Shown: one piece after another, positions 28,632 through 41,798 of the stretch
Layout of the letters: every line of letters starts with the position of its first letter
Numbering within the stretch: the stretch's first letter is position 1
NCBI GenBank assembly: GCA_964016885.1
Contig: OZ024741.1
Coordinates: 64,294,001-64,358,000 of the forward strand
Reading direction: 5' to 3'
DNA from: Eledone cirrhosa
Taxonomy: Eukaryota
Length of the DNA: 64,000 nucleotides
Made by a program: the position numbers and the translations under genes
Notes under the pieces: model-generated
Seen by the model: the letters and a program-made list of their open reading frames with translations, nothing else
Databases searched by the model: none
Told to the model about the DNA's origin: nothing

Positions 28632-28990
28632 ATGCATCATTGATACACTTACTCAAAATGACCTCCCACTACCTAATTTTTCTATATTTATATATGTATC
28701 TATCTCTATTTCCTCTCTCTATATATATATATATCTCTTTCTGTCTCTTTACATGAAGCTCTTCGCTTTATCTATTTTTCCATCTCTCTATTTTGTCCCA
28801 TGCATTTCTTCTTTTTCTTTTTCTTCTTTTTCTTCCTTTTCTTCGTTTTGTCTTTCTTTCTTTCTTATTTCCCTCTTTTCTCTCTCTTTCTTTCTCTCTG
28901 TATTTTCACTGCTAGAGTAAACCTCTTCAAATGAAGTTGATGTTTATTACGGTATGTCGAATATATTTATCTATAAAACTGTTTATATTG

Positions 28991-29056
28991 TATTTTGTCT
29001 GATGAAGGCATAGCATATTGTTAATATGATATCCCCGAAATATATATAATGAAATA
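28991..29056 (+). ncRNA. Hammerhead ribozyme (family A)
   Basis: TATTTTGT-CTGATGA-[stem II]-GAA-ATATATAT-A^-ATGAAATA. Confidence 0.8.
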
Positions 29057-29299
29057 AATATGGTTTTATAAATATAGTTTTCCATTTATTTAATATTGTA
29101 AATATACTCCAAATATTTGTCGAGTGCTTTTATATCAGTTATAAATATTTACTAGTTGTAACCCAACAATTTTAAATATAACTTTACATGTATATATATA
29201 AATATATATATATAAATATATATATATAAATATATATATATAAATATATATATATAAATATATATATATAAATATATATATATAAATATATATATATAA

Positions 29300-29409
<110 letters not shown>

Positions 29410-29430
29410 AAAGTTTAAGCAATGAATCGC

Positions 29431-29474
<44 letters not shown>

Positions 29475-29495
29475 GCGATTCATTGCTTAAACTTT
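29410..29495. repeat. Small inverted repeat with (TA)n loop
   Basis: AAAGTTTAAGCAATGAATCGCTACATA ... TATGTAGCGATTCATTGCTTAAACTTT. Confidence 0.8.
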
Positions 29496-29569
29496 AATCT
29501 GTTATTTTAATAAATATTTGCTCTACGGTTTTTATATATAATCTTATATATATATATTATCCTTAACGA

Positions 29570-29655
29570 GCCCTCTTCGGATGATAAAATAAAGTAGCAG
29601 TAATGTACTGGGTAATTTGCTGGCCTTGTACCAAAAGTAGAAACAATTATTATTA
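29570..29655 (+). mobile_element. SINE 3' fragment
   Basis: GATAAAATAAAGTA..TTGCTGGCCTTGTACCAAAAGTAGAAACAATTATT matches the SINE at 11619. Confidence 0.7.
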
Positions 29656-29658
29656 CTT

Positions 29659-29689
<31 letters not shown>

Positions 29690-32600
29690 TTCGTTGACAA
29701 ATATATCAATATGCCCAGACAGACAGATATATTGCCCTTGGTATGACAGTGTAGATTTAGCTCAATGTAGGATAACTAGTATACTACAGAGCCGTTATAG
29801 TTATAGGAATGACCAAAGAGTGCTTAGAAATACATTGTTTTATTAGCCAACAGTGTTTCATCCATACACCATGGCAGGAATCATCAGAGCCTATAAACAT
29901 GAGTATAACAGTAGTTGCATGCTCCATCGAGCTGCGTCACCAGAACAAGGTTAAAGGACGAACAGGGGGTCCCGAGGTCAGCGCTATATGGAAAAAGACA
30001 GAATACATGATGCACATAATGTCATAAAATGTCTTAAAAATTTAAAAATTACACCAAAGATTTATCACTTAAATGGTGCAATAGATGATAAAGAGTTTGG
30101 GGGAGGGTAGCAAGGGATGAGTGAGGGTATTACTCAGCATGATCAGAAACAATAAGAAAATAATTAAAAAATAATAAAAAGTAAAAAATTACAGGGATAA
30201 GAAAAGAGATAAATATAAAAATACAAAACAATAAAGGAACAAAAAGCCCGGACCCCCCCCCCCCCCCAATATAAGACAAGGCAAAGCACAAGCAGTGCAA
30301 AAACAGGGTGTACAGGCAGATTAAGAGAGTTTGCAAACATGAGTCTGTGAAAAGAATAGTTGGTTAGCAGTGGTGCAGCCTTACATGTATGATAGTCCAT
30401 ATGAGGGATGGTGTAATCCAATTATATCGCCTTGTAACAGGTCGATTCTCCTTATCAAATCCGCACCCTACGAACCACATCGATATGTTCCAGTTCCGAA
30501 CGTTAAGTGAGATAACACTATTTTTCCAAAACCTATACCCAGGGTATTTATCACCATAGGCGGTCTGGGATATACACCTAAAATCTAAAATAAAAAATAA
30601 AAGAAAGTACGACGAGTTAAAGAAATATATGGCACATATACAGCCGGCACAGATGTGAGGAAATTGAAAACACGCCAGGTCTGCAGAAACTGGCATTCCC
30701 CAAAATCCTCACGTTCGGTCGCTCAATCCAACGTGCCAGGTGAAATTCACTGTATGTCCAAGTTGGCGTTCAACCAATGTATCACACCGCATACAACTAT
30801 AGCACAGTAAATACAAATCGTGATGGCTATCCCGTTACATATAGAGAAAAAGTGTATATAGGAAACTCCGCTTCCAGAATCACATATGGCAGAATGAGCA
30901 TATATTGTTATAATAATAGGCGGGTTTATTATAGTGAGTGCAAATTTTTGTAGAATATATAGATATATATAGAAGAGAGAACTCACAACCAAACCTGTCA
31001 ATGACAGCTATGTTATTTATATTTCCGCCACGTGGTTTTCGTTTAGATTATTGACTCAGGAGGTTGCAATCCATTCACAGTCGGGTGTGACCCCTCCTGG
31101 GTCAGCGGGAGTTCAATATCCAGTGCTGCACTTTGCCTTGAGTGTGGTTCTATAATTCATCAAAGCTGGATCACAATTCATATTCAACTAACTCCAACTT
31201 TCAAAGATTAGTCTCTCGCTCGTAACACACAACGGTAGTCTGAATATAAACACAGGAAGTCGTAGTGTACGTATGAAAGGCATGGGAGGCAATTCGCGTC
31301 ATAAAGGGCGGATTCATTAGATATCCAACAGGATGCTAGGGACGAGTCTTTTGTTTGATTCGAAGCCCTCGGCGATCAACCACTTCTTCCCCCTGGGGCT
31401 AGGTCGATTGAGCGGCGCCCAGCCCACACGTTTTGCTACCATAGTTCACTATACTAGGTTAGATCTATTACACACTTTAGGGTTAAGGTTAACTAGACCC
31501 CGAGTGCCCCATTCACCCGCTTTATAGCTGCGGCGGGGTTTTCTGGGCTTTCGACAGACTATTGTGCTGTGCTATCAGTTAGCGCACAATGGGTGTGTTT
31601 ATAAACCATACTATTATGGTTAGTGTGGGTATGTGCCTATATAGGGTCAAGCTGTGCTAGGTATAGTGAAAAGCCTTAAGTAGGTTCTACCCCAGGGTTC
31701 TTGGCTTGTGGTCCAATAAGATGAACTAGGGAAGAGGGGAAGAAAGGTAAGAGAGGGGGGAGAAGAGAAGAGGTATTAGAGTAGTCTATATGCACCTGAA
31801 GGGTAGTTATCGTCACAAAGGAACCAGGATGCAGTGCGGCGTGGTTTTACGTAGGCCAGACAGGACGGATGTATGCATGTCCTACAGCGTTAGCTAATTG
31901 GTCTAAAATAATAGAAGGAGCTAAGACTTATATGCGGGAAAGAAGAGAATATCTCCGACTTCCTATTTAGCAGGTTCAGTTTGGAGTGTATTATGGCGTG
32001 TGATTCAGAGAGACAAAGGTCACAGGTCTTGTTAGGGGGTCTGTACTGCGATGATTTAGTGATGATTCTCCAATCAAGCGTGTATTGAATATCAGTGTTC
32101 TTCAGGAGGGATATGTAACTAGCTAGGGATGTAGTATTCTTAAGTATCTATCATGTCTAAATGTATAGCGATGGGAGTTGTATCTGGTCTTAAAAGGGGT
32201 CGATGTAGACCCTATATATGTTTTGGAGAAGGTCCAAGTTGTAACATCACATGCGTAGACAATATTGTTTATAAGGCATTGTCCCTTTATGGGGCACTCC
32301 GCCTTTCGTCTGCAGTTACATTTTCGGTGTATGTGAGTCTGCGGCACAGGAGATGTTTGGTTTTCCGTGCGTTCCCGATTTGGCAACCGTACATCATATG
32401 TGTGGATAGTATTGCTGGGTGACGCCGCATCATTTAAATGCCATAATTAAAGGGGTATCTAACAGGATTAGCAACTATCACATAATGAGCATGCATTTAG
32501 GTCTAATGCAAGGTACTATAATAAAGCACTAGCAAAGTCCGGTTTTAGAGAAAAAATATACTACATATATAACAACGCCCAAACCACCAGGGCCGGACAA

Positions 32601-33224
32601 TATAGTATAATCACACACAATATGGCTTTGCCTAATAGAAGCGGACACAAAAATAGGAACTACACGGGTACTGTAGGCGGCTCTGACCAACCCCAAGGGA
32701 CTCCATTTAACACGTTTCATCGGTATGGCAATAATACTAACACTAGGATAAAAGCTAGAAAATTGAAGTGCAATAGGAAAGACAGGGAAGCCTGTGAACC
32801 CCTCCGAGTAAGGTTACCACCCCAGGTTCTCTCTACCACGGAAGATGGGTTGTCTATGCCCAGGGCCAACTCTTCCCCTAGTAGGAAAAATAGACGAAGA
32901 TCTAATTCTTACTTTAATCCACCTTACAACTCGGAGGTATCAACCAATATACCAAAGGTATTCTTCTCGATCTTGGAAAAAACTCCCCCCTCCCCCCGTA
33001 GTAAATACCATAGTATCATTAATAAAAACACAATTAAGCTATCATTCTCCACTACTGCAAATCTAGCTCGTCACCTAGCCATAACGAACAACAAAATTAG
33101 AAAGGGTTTCGATACCATTGCAGCTGCGGCACACCGGCAACCACTAGATGGACTTGATGCGGCGTCACCCAGCAATACTATCCACACATCTGATGTACGG
33201 TTGCCAAATCCGGAACGCACGGAA
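29690..33224 (-). mobile_element. Truncated PLE with 5' inversion
   Basis: GIY-YIG on minus 31890-32430 (CNC..CPIKGQCL..IVY..YIGST..TCDLC, frameshifted); upstream thumb/linker on plus 32432-33224 (YYNKALAKSGF..YFNPPYN); ~69-bp overlap 32362-32431 / 33156-33224. Confidence 0.82.
29845..29891 (-). ncRNA. Hammerhead ribozyme-like motif
   Basis: GGCT-CTGATGA-T.TCC..GGA.T-GAA-ACACTGT-T^-GGCT. Confidence 0.68.
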
Positions 33225-33620
33225 TATTTGATAATATACTGTCTGGTTATTTAAAAACATTTTGAAGACCATTCGCTATGAGTTTTAAAGTAGTGACTAT
33301 GTCACTTACTTTGTCTCGGCAAAAATAAAGGGAAGCAACCGACAGCTGTTTCTCGTTTGTTAACGGTTTTCAAAATTGTTAATCCCTCCGCTTCTGCCGA
33401 GACTTATCGAAGCTGGAAGCGGAGGGATAAGCAATTTTTCGTCTCGGCAGAAGCGGAGGGATAAGTAGTCTTGATAACAGTTAATAAACGAGAAACAGCT
33501 GTCGGTTGCTTCCCTTTATTTTTGCCGAGACAAAGTAAGTGACATAGTCACTACTTTAAAACTCATAGCGAATGGTCTTCAAAATGTTTTTAAATAACCA
33601 GACAGTATATTATCAAATAT
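33224..33620. repeat. ~400-bp palindromic element (MITE-like, no HHR)
   Basis: 33224-33403 inverted to 33441-33620; internal GAAGCGGAGGGATAAG and GTCTCGGCA sub-repeats. Confidence 0.8.
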
Positions 33621-33632
33621 ACTATACATACA

Positions 33633-33687
<55 letters not shown>

Positions 33688-33724
33688 CCTATGTGTATTA
33701 TTTACATGTAGGAACACATACTTT

Positions 33725-33770
<46 letters not shown>

Positions 33771-33979
33771 ATAAATTAACGGAGGCATAGGCCCTCGCTA
33801 TTCCCTGTAAATAATGTGCTCAAAGGAGAAGAGATCCTGAGCTCTTTAAAATACAATATGTTCGTCCCTCAGAGGCCACTGGTTCACTGCCCTTAAACAC
33901 GCTGTGACTTCTCTCTCCCACGTGTAGCTGGACAGTCAATTTTAAAATTCTCTTAGTGTTGTCTGAAATGTATAGCCTT

Positions 33980-34073
33980 ACACACGCTGATGAACCGAGG
34001 CTAACCCATTTCTTTCAACAAATTATTGGTGAAACATATCTTTGGATTAGTGTCTTTGGATTTGTACGTGTGT
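33980..34073 (+). ncRNA. Type I hammerhead ribozyme with extended stem III (solo pLTR ~33767-34245)
   Basis: ACACACG-CTGATGA-ACCGA..TTGGT-GAA-ACA.t.ATC..GAT.t.TGT-A^-CGTGTGT; 7-bp stem I. Confidence 0.82.
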
Positions 34074-34239
34074 TATATAGTTATAGAGGTATTTATTTAC
34101 GCTTTAATTTATATTTTTAATTATCGTGTCTATAGTCTGCCTTTCATAGGTTATAGATTCCATACACTGGTGGGTTTTTCCCTGTTTTATTGATAATGCA
34201 CTGTATATCTCTCTCTCTGGTGTGTTACCTTTTCAACAT

Positions 34240-34291
<52 letters not shown>

Positions 34292-34294
<3 letters not shown>

Positions 34295-36180
34295 AAAAAA
34301 TTGAACGGGAACAAAACAGAGAGGCAGTATGAACAAAGGTTTATTAGTTTCACGCTCTTGAGAGTGGGGTGGTGGTGGGGAACGACGTTTCGGGCATTAG
34401 CCCTTCTTCAGGTGAAAAGTGTGTGGGAAGAGAGTTCCAAGGGTATGTAAGGGAGTCGTGGAGAGACATATAGAAAAAAGGGGGTGAGAGGAAACGGTAC
34501 AAATGAAATTAAATATAAAAGCATAATCAAAATCAAAATAAACATGAAGTAAAACAAGTGGTGGAAGGCTGTGGGGCGTGTAGGGGTGGTGGCGGGTGGA
34601 GTGGGGAGAGGAAGGCGGAGTATCCGAGCGGGGGGTGCTGAAGGTGGTGTGTGTGTGTGTAGGTGTACGTGTGTGTGTGTGTATGTGAAAGTAAGAGTTG
34701 GGGGAAGAACGGGGTTGCATGTTCAGGAAAAGGTGTGTGTGGGGTGGGGTGTAGGTCGGTGTGTGTGTGCGTGTGTGGATGGGGAGGAGTCAGAGGGGTG
34801 GGGGAGAGGATTCCGGAGGCTGAGTGTGTAAATATGTGGTGGTACGCACGTGTGTGTGGTGTTTATACGTGTTGTGGATGTAGGTGGCGTGTGGGAAAAA
34901 AAATGTTGGGAGGTGTATGTCCGTGGGTGGGTCTCTAAGGTAGTTCCGTAGAGGATGTGGTGGGATGCTGGGTAATTTCCGTGTGATGTGGTTGATTCTT
35001 GGGAGCGATGTCCAATGTGTGTAATCCGTGGTTGGGTTGTTCGAAAGAGGGGAGATGTGGGGTGCGCGCGCAACAGGAAGTGGTCAGAGGGTCAAGACAG
35101 GAGGAGGGTTGTGTGTCTGTGTGTGCGCAGAGGTGGTCAGAGATTCAGGGCATAGCAGCAGTGGGGGAGAATGGTAAGTGAAGAAAGTCGGTGTGCCAGT
35201 GTGTGCGGAGGTGCGGTGGACGGGGGAGAGGATGGGTAGGTGTGAAAGTTGGAGTGAGGAGGGGTGTGTGTGTATTAGTAGAGGTGTTAGTGGGATGTGT
35301 GTGTGTGTGAGAAAGGGTGTGGGTGGAGTGGGACGGGGAGGGGGAGAGAAAGGTGTGGGGGCCGGTGGAGGGAGTGTAGTGTACTGGTGTGTGTGTGCGT
35401 GTTTGGATGAGTGTGTGTGTGGTGAAGGGGGTGTTAGTGGTTGTTAGTATACTAGTGGTGGGGAAAGGGTTGAATGCGGGTGTTAGTGGGGGTCAGTGGT
35501 GGTAGGGTGTGTAGAGTGGGTGGTGTAAGTGGGTGTGTGTGTTCGTGTGCGTGGGGTTGGGGGGGTAGTGATATTAGTTGCGTGTAGAGTGGGTGGTGTA
35601 AGTGGGTGTGTGTGTTCGTGTGCGTGGGATCGGGGGGGTAGTGATGTTAGTTGCGGGGGGTGGGGTGGATGCGTGGGGGTGAGGGTTAGTGGTGGTAGTA
35701 GGGTGTGTGTTTAGTGTGAGCGCGTGTATATATGTACCGGTGGGTGTGTGCATGTGATAAGGGGAGGAGGGAGAAGAAAGGAGGGACGTTAGTATTGTTA
35801 GTTGGAGAAGGGTGGTCGGGTGTGGAGTGGGGGTGTTAGTATTGGTAGTTGTGAGGTGGGCGGTGAAAAGGAGGAGTGTGTTAGTGGTGTTAGTGGAGGA
35901 TATGTGTAGGAGGAGAGGGGAGGGCGGTCGAAGGCTAAAGGAATAAGGGTGCGGAGTTCAGGCCGGGGGGAGTGTGGGTCTGTAGGGTGAAGATGGTTCG
36001 TTGTTCGACCCTGAGGAGGGTGGCGGGTGTTCCGTGGAATTGGAGTAGGCCACAGACTGTGAGGTGGTGCGCGGAACGTCCAGGGGCGCCAAAGTGGCGG
36101 GCTATGGGGGACCTACCACCGAGACGAATATCTCGGAGGTGTTCGGTAAACCGGTCCGCCAGGCGACGTCCAGTCGTTTT
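34292..36180 (-). mobile_element. 5'-truncated PLE (family E): GIY-YIG C-terminus, CA-rich 3'UTR, pLTR
   Basis: 35935-36180 minus: TGRRLADRFTEHLRDIR..PIARHF..RVEQRTIFTLQTHTPPGLN; pLTR homologous to 43075-43436. Confidence 0.82.
34382..34417 (-). ncRNA. Hammerhead-like core (family E)
   Basis: CTGAAGA-A-GGGC-TAAT-GCCC-GAA-ACGT-C; stem I weak. Confidence 0.58.
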
Positions 36181-36501
36181 CAGCTCAGGAATTAACGAAA
36201 ATCAACGTCCGATATGTGTGGCAAGCGCTCGATGAATCATATGAATCAGAGCTACAACATACGTTAAGGGCCAAACACACTGAGATTATGGTTAAACATA
36301 TCATCCGCACAACCAAAACAAAACGACCAAGTAATTCGGGTCAAACAATAAAAATATATGTGTTGATACTCTCCCGGACCCTGGACTGATGGTAAAATCC
36401 AGTATTGGTTTCTGCGACTCCAAATCAGGTACTGTCCGCCTACATAAAGAATGTTGGGCTTCTGGTGAGATGATGAACAAGGCAGTCGTGTTATCAACGG
36501 G

Positions 36502-36586
<85 letters not shown>

Positions 36587-36614
36587 ATCAAAAGATGGTT
36601 AAAAGAGTTCCATG

Positions 36615-36685
36615 TATTTTATTATGCGCATTTCAAAAACAAATATCATCATGCAATAACATTTGTGTTTTCATCAGATAAAATA
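36615..36685 (-). ncRNA. Hammerhead ribozyme (family C, inverted arm)
   Basis: TATTTTAT-CTGATGA-[stem II]-GAA-ATGCGCAT-A^-ATAAAATA. Confidence 0.78.
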
Positions 36686-36812
36686 GGAAGACATGATATG
36701 AAGGTTAAAAACACTTGTGGATAGTGCAGTTTTAAATCAACATATCATATATATATGTTGATTTAAAACTGCACTATCCACAAGTGTTTTTAACCTTCAT
36801 ATCATGTCTTCC

Positions 36813-36883
36813 TATTTTATCTGATGAAAACACAAATGTTATTGCATGATGATATTTGTTTTTGAAATGCGCATAAGAAAATA
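36813..36883 (+). ncRNA. Hammerhead ribozyme (family C)
   Basis: Same motif with one stem I mismatch (AGAAAATA). Confidence 0.72.
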
Positions 36884-37004
36884 CATGGAACTCTTTTAAC
36901 CATCTTTTGATCTTATATATTATGTATACTCCAGTCCTACAAACTGTAGAGTGCTTCTTATCCGATATCTGCATTGCTTTATTGTACTACAATAAAACTC
37001 ACCT

Positions 37005-37086
<82 letters not shown>

Positions 37087-37087
37087 C

Positions 37088-37238
<151 letters not shown>

Positions 37239-37266
37239 ATCAAAAGATGGTTAAAGGAGTTCCATG

Positions 37267-37337
37267 TATTTTATTATGCGCATTTCAAAAACAAACATCA
37301 TCATGCAATAATATTTGTGTTTTCATCAGATAAAACA
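37267..37337 (-). ncRNA. Hammerhead ribozyme (family C, inverted arm)
   Basis: Reverse complement of 41728-41798. Confidence 0.78.
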
Positions 37338-38322
37338 GGAGAACATGATATGAAGGCTAAAAAACACTTGTGGATAGTGCAGTTTTAAATCAACATATGA
37401 AAAGTGGTTTTAGATTGATGTGTGATATTGGGAAAAATATTTTATTTAGAGAGGGGGGGGAAAGGATGAAAAAGGGGAGGAGATGAGAGGGAGAGATGGT
37501 TGATAGAAAGAGATAGTTTTTATAACTGAGAGGAGATATATTGTTTTACATAGAGAGGTTGAAAACCGTTGGAAGATAATGTATAAATTAAAAGAATTTG
37601 AAAATTAACGAAGGGAGGGGGGTGGAAAGGGTGAAAAAAAGGGGAGGAGATGAGAGTGAAGGTGGAGAGGGAGAGATGGGTGATAGAGAGAAAGAGATAG
37701 TTTTTATAACTGAGAAAAAGATATATTGTTTTACATAGAGAGGTTGAGAACCGTTGGAAGATAATGTATAAATTAAAGGAATTTGAAAATTAACGAAGGG
37801 AATTTATGTATGAAGATAGAGAGAAAAAATAATAATTGTGGATGAATATTCTAACGTCAAAAAAAGTGTATGTTGATAAGTATTGTGGCAATTTCAAAAT
37901 TAACGAAGAGAAAAATTATTAAGGTTTGTGTGTAGAAGGATTTGAGAAAAATAATGTGAAGTTAAAGTTTGTATATTGAAGGAATTGATAATATATGCGA
38001 ATAAAGAGTTAATATGTATTAAGAATGAGTTCGTTGATGGGGAGAAAAACATAATAAATTAAGGATGAAATTGAGATTAAAAAGATTTATGATAGAGAGA
38101 AAAAATAATAATGATTGCGGATGAATATTCTAACGTCAAAAAAATAAATGTATATGTTATGAAGGATTTTACAAGGTGAAGATAGAATGAGGGTAATGAG
38201 TAAACAAGTATTATAGAGTGTATAATGCCCTTTAAAGTAAGGTAGGAAGATGGGTATATTTTAAAGAGGTGTATGTATATGTGCCTTTGAGAAAAGATTC
38301 TAAATTGATAAAGAATTGAATA

Positions 38323-39603
38323 TTAACTGTATACTTTGTGAAAAGTCCTATGGAATTTATGCAGGCAGATAGAAAACAAATCTGTACGTCTATTTATTAT
38401 AGAATCTAGGTTAGAGATAATGGTAAATTTTTCATTTAGGCAGAGATTACAGATTTTAGATAGAGAGCTGTTCAAGTATGAGGATGCAGAAGAAACCTTC
38501 TTCCAAAAGATGGTATATTTAATGTTTTTGTCTTTTAAGGACCATATGAGTTCTGAGAGAGCAGTGTTGGTTCTTTTAAGTTTGTATTTGAAAGATGAAT
38601 GATGATTATAGAGACGAGCTTTAAAAGAGGTAGAAGTGGAGCCAAAATAGGTGAAGGAATTGGTGCTAGTTATAATTTTACATTCATAAATTAAGTTTTT
38701 ATCGAGACAATGGTTGTTGAGAGGACATTTATTTTTAATGCGGCAGTTGCAATTAGAGAGATTATTAATGAGTGACCTAGTGTTATCTATAGAAGGAATT
38801 GGATTGGAGAAGTTGTTTGCGATAGGAATAATAGGAATAATAGTTTCTTGATTTAGAGTTGGATTATGAACATTTAGCGAAGTTGTGTTTGACGTTGTAT
38901 TTGGGTTTACAGAAGTTAGCCTAGGGTTTACAATGACGTCGGGAGTACTATTACTGTTATTATGAAATTCAATATTGGAAGGAAGAGATTTAGTATTTAG
39001 TATTTTATTGTTGTGTTTAGAGATGATGTTGGAAATATTGGAGGATGTAGAATAAGAAAATTTGATGGTGTGTTTGTTAAATATTTTACTATAGATATGT
39101 GAGGGAGGGAAGCATTTATTTAAGGCACTAAAAAATAATTTAGGAATATTGTTATTAATAGAGATGGAGAAAGGAGCATTATACCAGATTATGTTTTTGT
39201 ATCTAGGTCTTTTATTAAAATTATTGGAATGATCATGATTAATTATTCTACTGTAAGTTTTTCTAGAATTTGTTTCTTTACTATATTTGATTTTATCTGG
39301 ATAGCCGGCTTTAGAAAGTGCGTTATTATAGTAATTGGCGTTAGCATCAAAGATGTTTTTATTAGAAGATATGTTAGATATTCTTTTTCCAATATTACTA
39401 ACTATAGCATTCTTGATATTGGTAGGATGGTTAGATTTAAAGTTAACATAATTTAGGTTCTCATTGTTTTTATGGTAAGGGTAATATAGGCCAGTGTCAA
39501 GATTAAGAGATACGTCCAAGAAATTAGCTAGTTTGATACTATTATCAAATTCAATTTTTAGGTTATGTTGGTTAAAGAGATTACGTATATTGTTCTTAAT
39601 AAT
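38323..39603 (-). pseudogene. PLE ORF C-terminal half (RT thumb, linker, GIY-YIG), open frame, 5'-truncated
   Basis: NFLDVSLNL..SNHP..IIWYNAPFS..CNC..CPL..LIY..YFGST..FKARLYNH..CNLCLNEK. Confidence 0.88.
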
Positions 39604-41727
39604 AAGATGAACTTCACATCATCCTCACCGCACGTAAAACCATCCTAGAGATCAACAACGAATATTGGACCAGAGCCGATACCTCTAACAACTTCGACAT
39701 CACAATGGGAGCATCCGATTCATCCCAATTGACTGATTTAATTGGTATCTTCATTTTGAACTCTTTGAGTCGGAAAATTCCTCAACTTCGCGGTGGAATT
39801 TATCGTGACGATGGACTCTTTACTATCCTAAATTGCAATATAGTTAACCTTAATATTATTAAGAACAATATACGTAATCTCTTTAACCAACATAACCTAA
39901 AAATTGAATTAATAACAATATTCCTAAATTATTTTTTAGTGCCTTAAATAAATGCTTCCCTCCCTCACATATCTATAGTAAAATATTTAACAAACACACC
40001 ATCAAATTTTCTTATTCTACATCCTCCAATATTTCCAACATCATCTCTAAACACAACAATAAAATACTAAATACTAAATCTCTTCCTTCCAATATTGAAT
40101 TTCATAATAACAGTAATAGTACTCCCGACGTCATTGTAAACCCTAGGCTAACTTCTGTAAACCCAAATACAACGTCAAACACAACTTCGCTAAATGTTCA
40201 TAATCCAACTCTAAATCAAGAAACTATTATTCCTATTATTCCTATCGCAAACAACTTCTCCAATCCAATTCCTTCTATAGATAACACTAGGTCACTCATT
40301 AATAATCTCTCTAATTGCAACTGCCGCATTAAAAATAAATGTCCTCTCAACAACCATTGTCTCGATAAAAACTTAATTTATGAATGTAAAATTATAACTA
40401 GCACCAATTCCTTCACCTATTTTGGCTCCACTTCCACCTCTTTTAAAGCTCGTCTCTATAATCATCATTCATCTTTCAAATACAAACTTAAAAGAACCAA
40501 CACTGCTCTCTCAGAACTCATATGGTCCTTAAAAGACAAAAACATTAAATATACCATCTTTTGGAAGAAGGTTTCTTCTGCATCCTCATACTTGAACAGC
40601 TCTCTATCTAAAATCTGTAATCTCTGCCTAAATGAAAAATTTACCATTATCTCTAACCTAGATTCTATAATAAATAGACGTACAGATTTGTTTTCTATCT
40701 ACCTGCATAAATTCCATAGGACTTTTCACAAAGTATACAGTTAATATTCAATTCTTTATCAATTTAGAATCTTTTCTCAAAGGCACCTCTTTAAAATATA
40801 CCCATCTTCCTACCTTACTTTAAAGGGCATTATACACTCTATAATACTTGTTTACTCATTACCCTCATTCTATCTTCACCTTGTAAAATCCTTCATAACA
40901 TATACATTTATTTTTTTGACGTTAGAATATTCATCCGCAATCATTATTATTTTTTCTCTCTATCATAAATCTTTTTAATCTCAATTTCATCCTTAATTTA
41001 TTATGTTTTTCTCCCCATCAACGAACTCATTCTTAATACATATTAACTCTTTATTCGCATATATTATCAATTCCTTCAATATACAAACTTTAACTTCACA
41101 TTATTTTTCTCAAATCCTTCTACACACAAACTTTAATAATTTTTCTCTTCGTTAATTTTGAAATTGCCACAATACTTATCAACATACACTTTTTTTGACG
41201 TTAGAATATTCATCCACAATTATTATTTTTTTTCTCTCTATCTTCATACATAAATTCCCTTCGTTAATTTTCAAATTCCTTTAATTTATACATTATCTTC
41301 CAACGGTTCTCAACCTCTCTATGTAAAACAATATATCTTTTTCTCAGTTATGAAAACTATCTCTTTCTCTCTATCACCCATCTCTCCCTCTCCACCTTCA
41401 CTCTCATCTCCTCCCCCTTTTTTCATCCTTTCCACCCCCCCTCCCTTCGTTAATTTTCAAATTCTTTTAATTTATACATTATCTTCCAACGGTTTTCAAC
41501 CTCTCTATGTAAAACAATATATCTCCTCTCAGTTATAAAAACTATCTCTTTCTCTCTATCACCCATCTCTCCCTCTCATCTCCTCCCCTTTTTCATCCTT
41601 TCCACACCCCCCTCTCTAAATAAAATATTTTTCCCAATATCACACATCAATCTAAAACCACTTTTCATATGTTGATTTAAAACTGCACTATCCACAAGTG
41701 TTTTTTAGCCTTCATATCATGTTCTCC

Positions 41728-41798
41728 TGTTTTATCTGATGAAAACACAAATATTATTGCATGATGATGTTTGTTTTTGAAATGCGCATAATAAAATA
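41728..41798 (+). ncRNA. Hammerhead ribozyme (family C)
   Basis: TGTTTTAT-CTGATGA-[stem II]-GAA-ATGCGCAT-A^-ATAAAATA. Confidence 0.8.

Larger units (their letters stand above)
26425..29190 (+). mobile_element. 5'-truncated family A-related PLE with 72-bp 5' hairpin
   Basis: Arms 26425-26496/26526-26597; ORF remnant; long 3'UTR with (TTTTTA)n at 27719-27900; pLTR similar to 19650-19902. Confidence 0.88.
36581..37006 (+). mobile_element. Fold-back pLTR (family C), ~165-bp arms + ~90-bp tail, in (TA)n
   Basis: 36581-36745 inverted to 36753-36917. Confidence 0.88.

Noticed and set aside
34900-35200. Possible degenerate second PLE linker in the family E 3'UTR
   Set aside because: Only vague similarity in low-complexity CA-rich sequence
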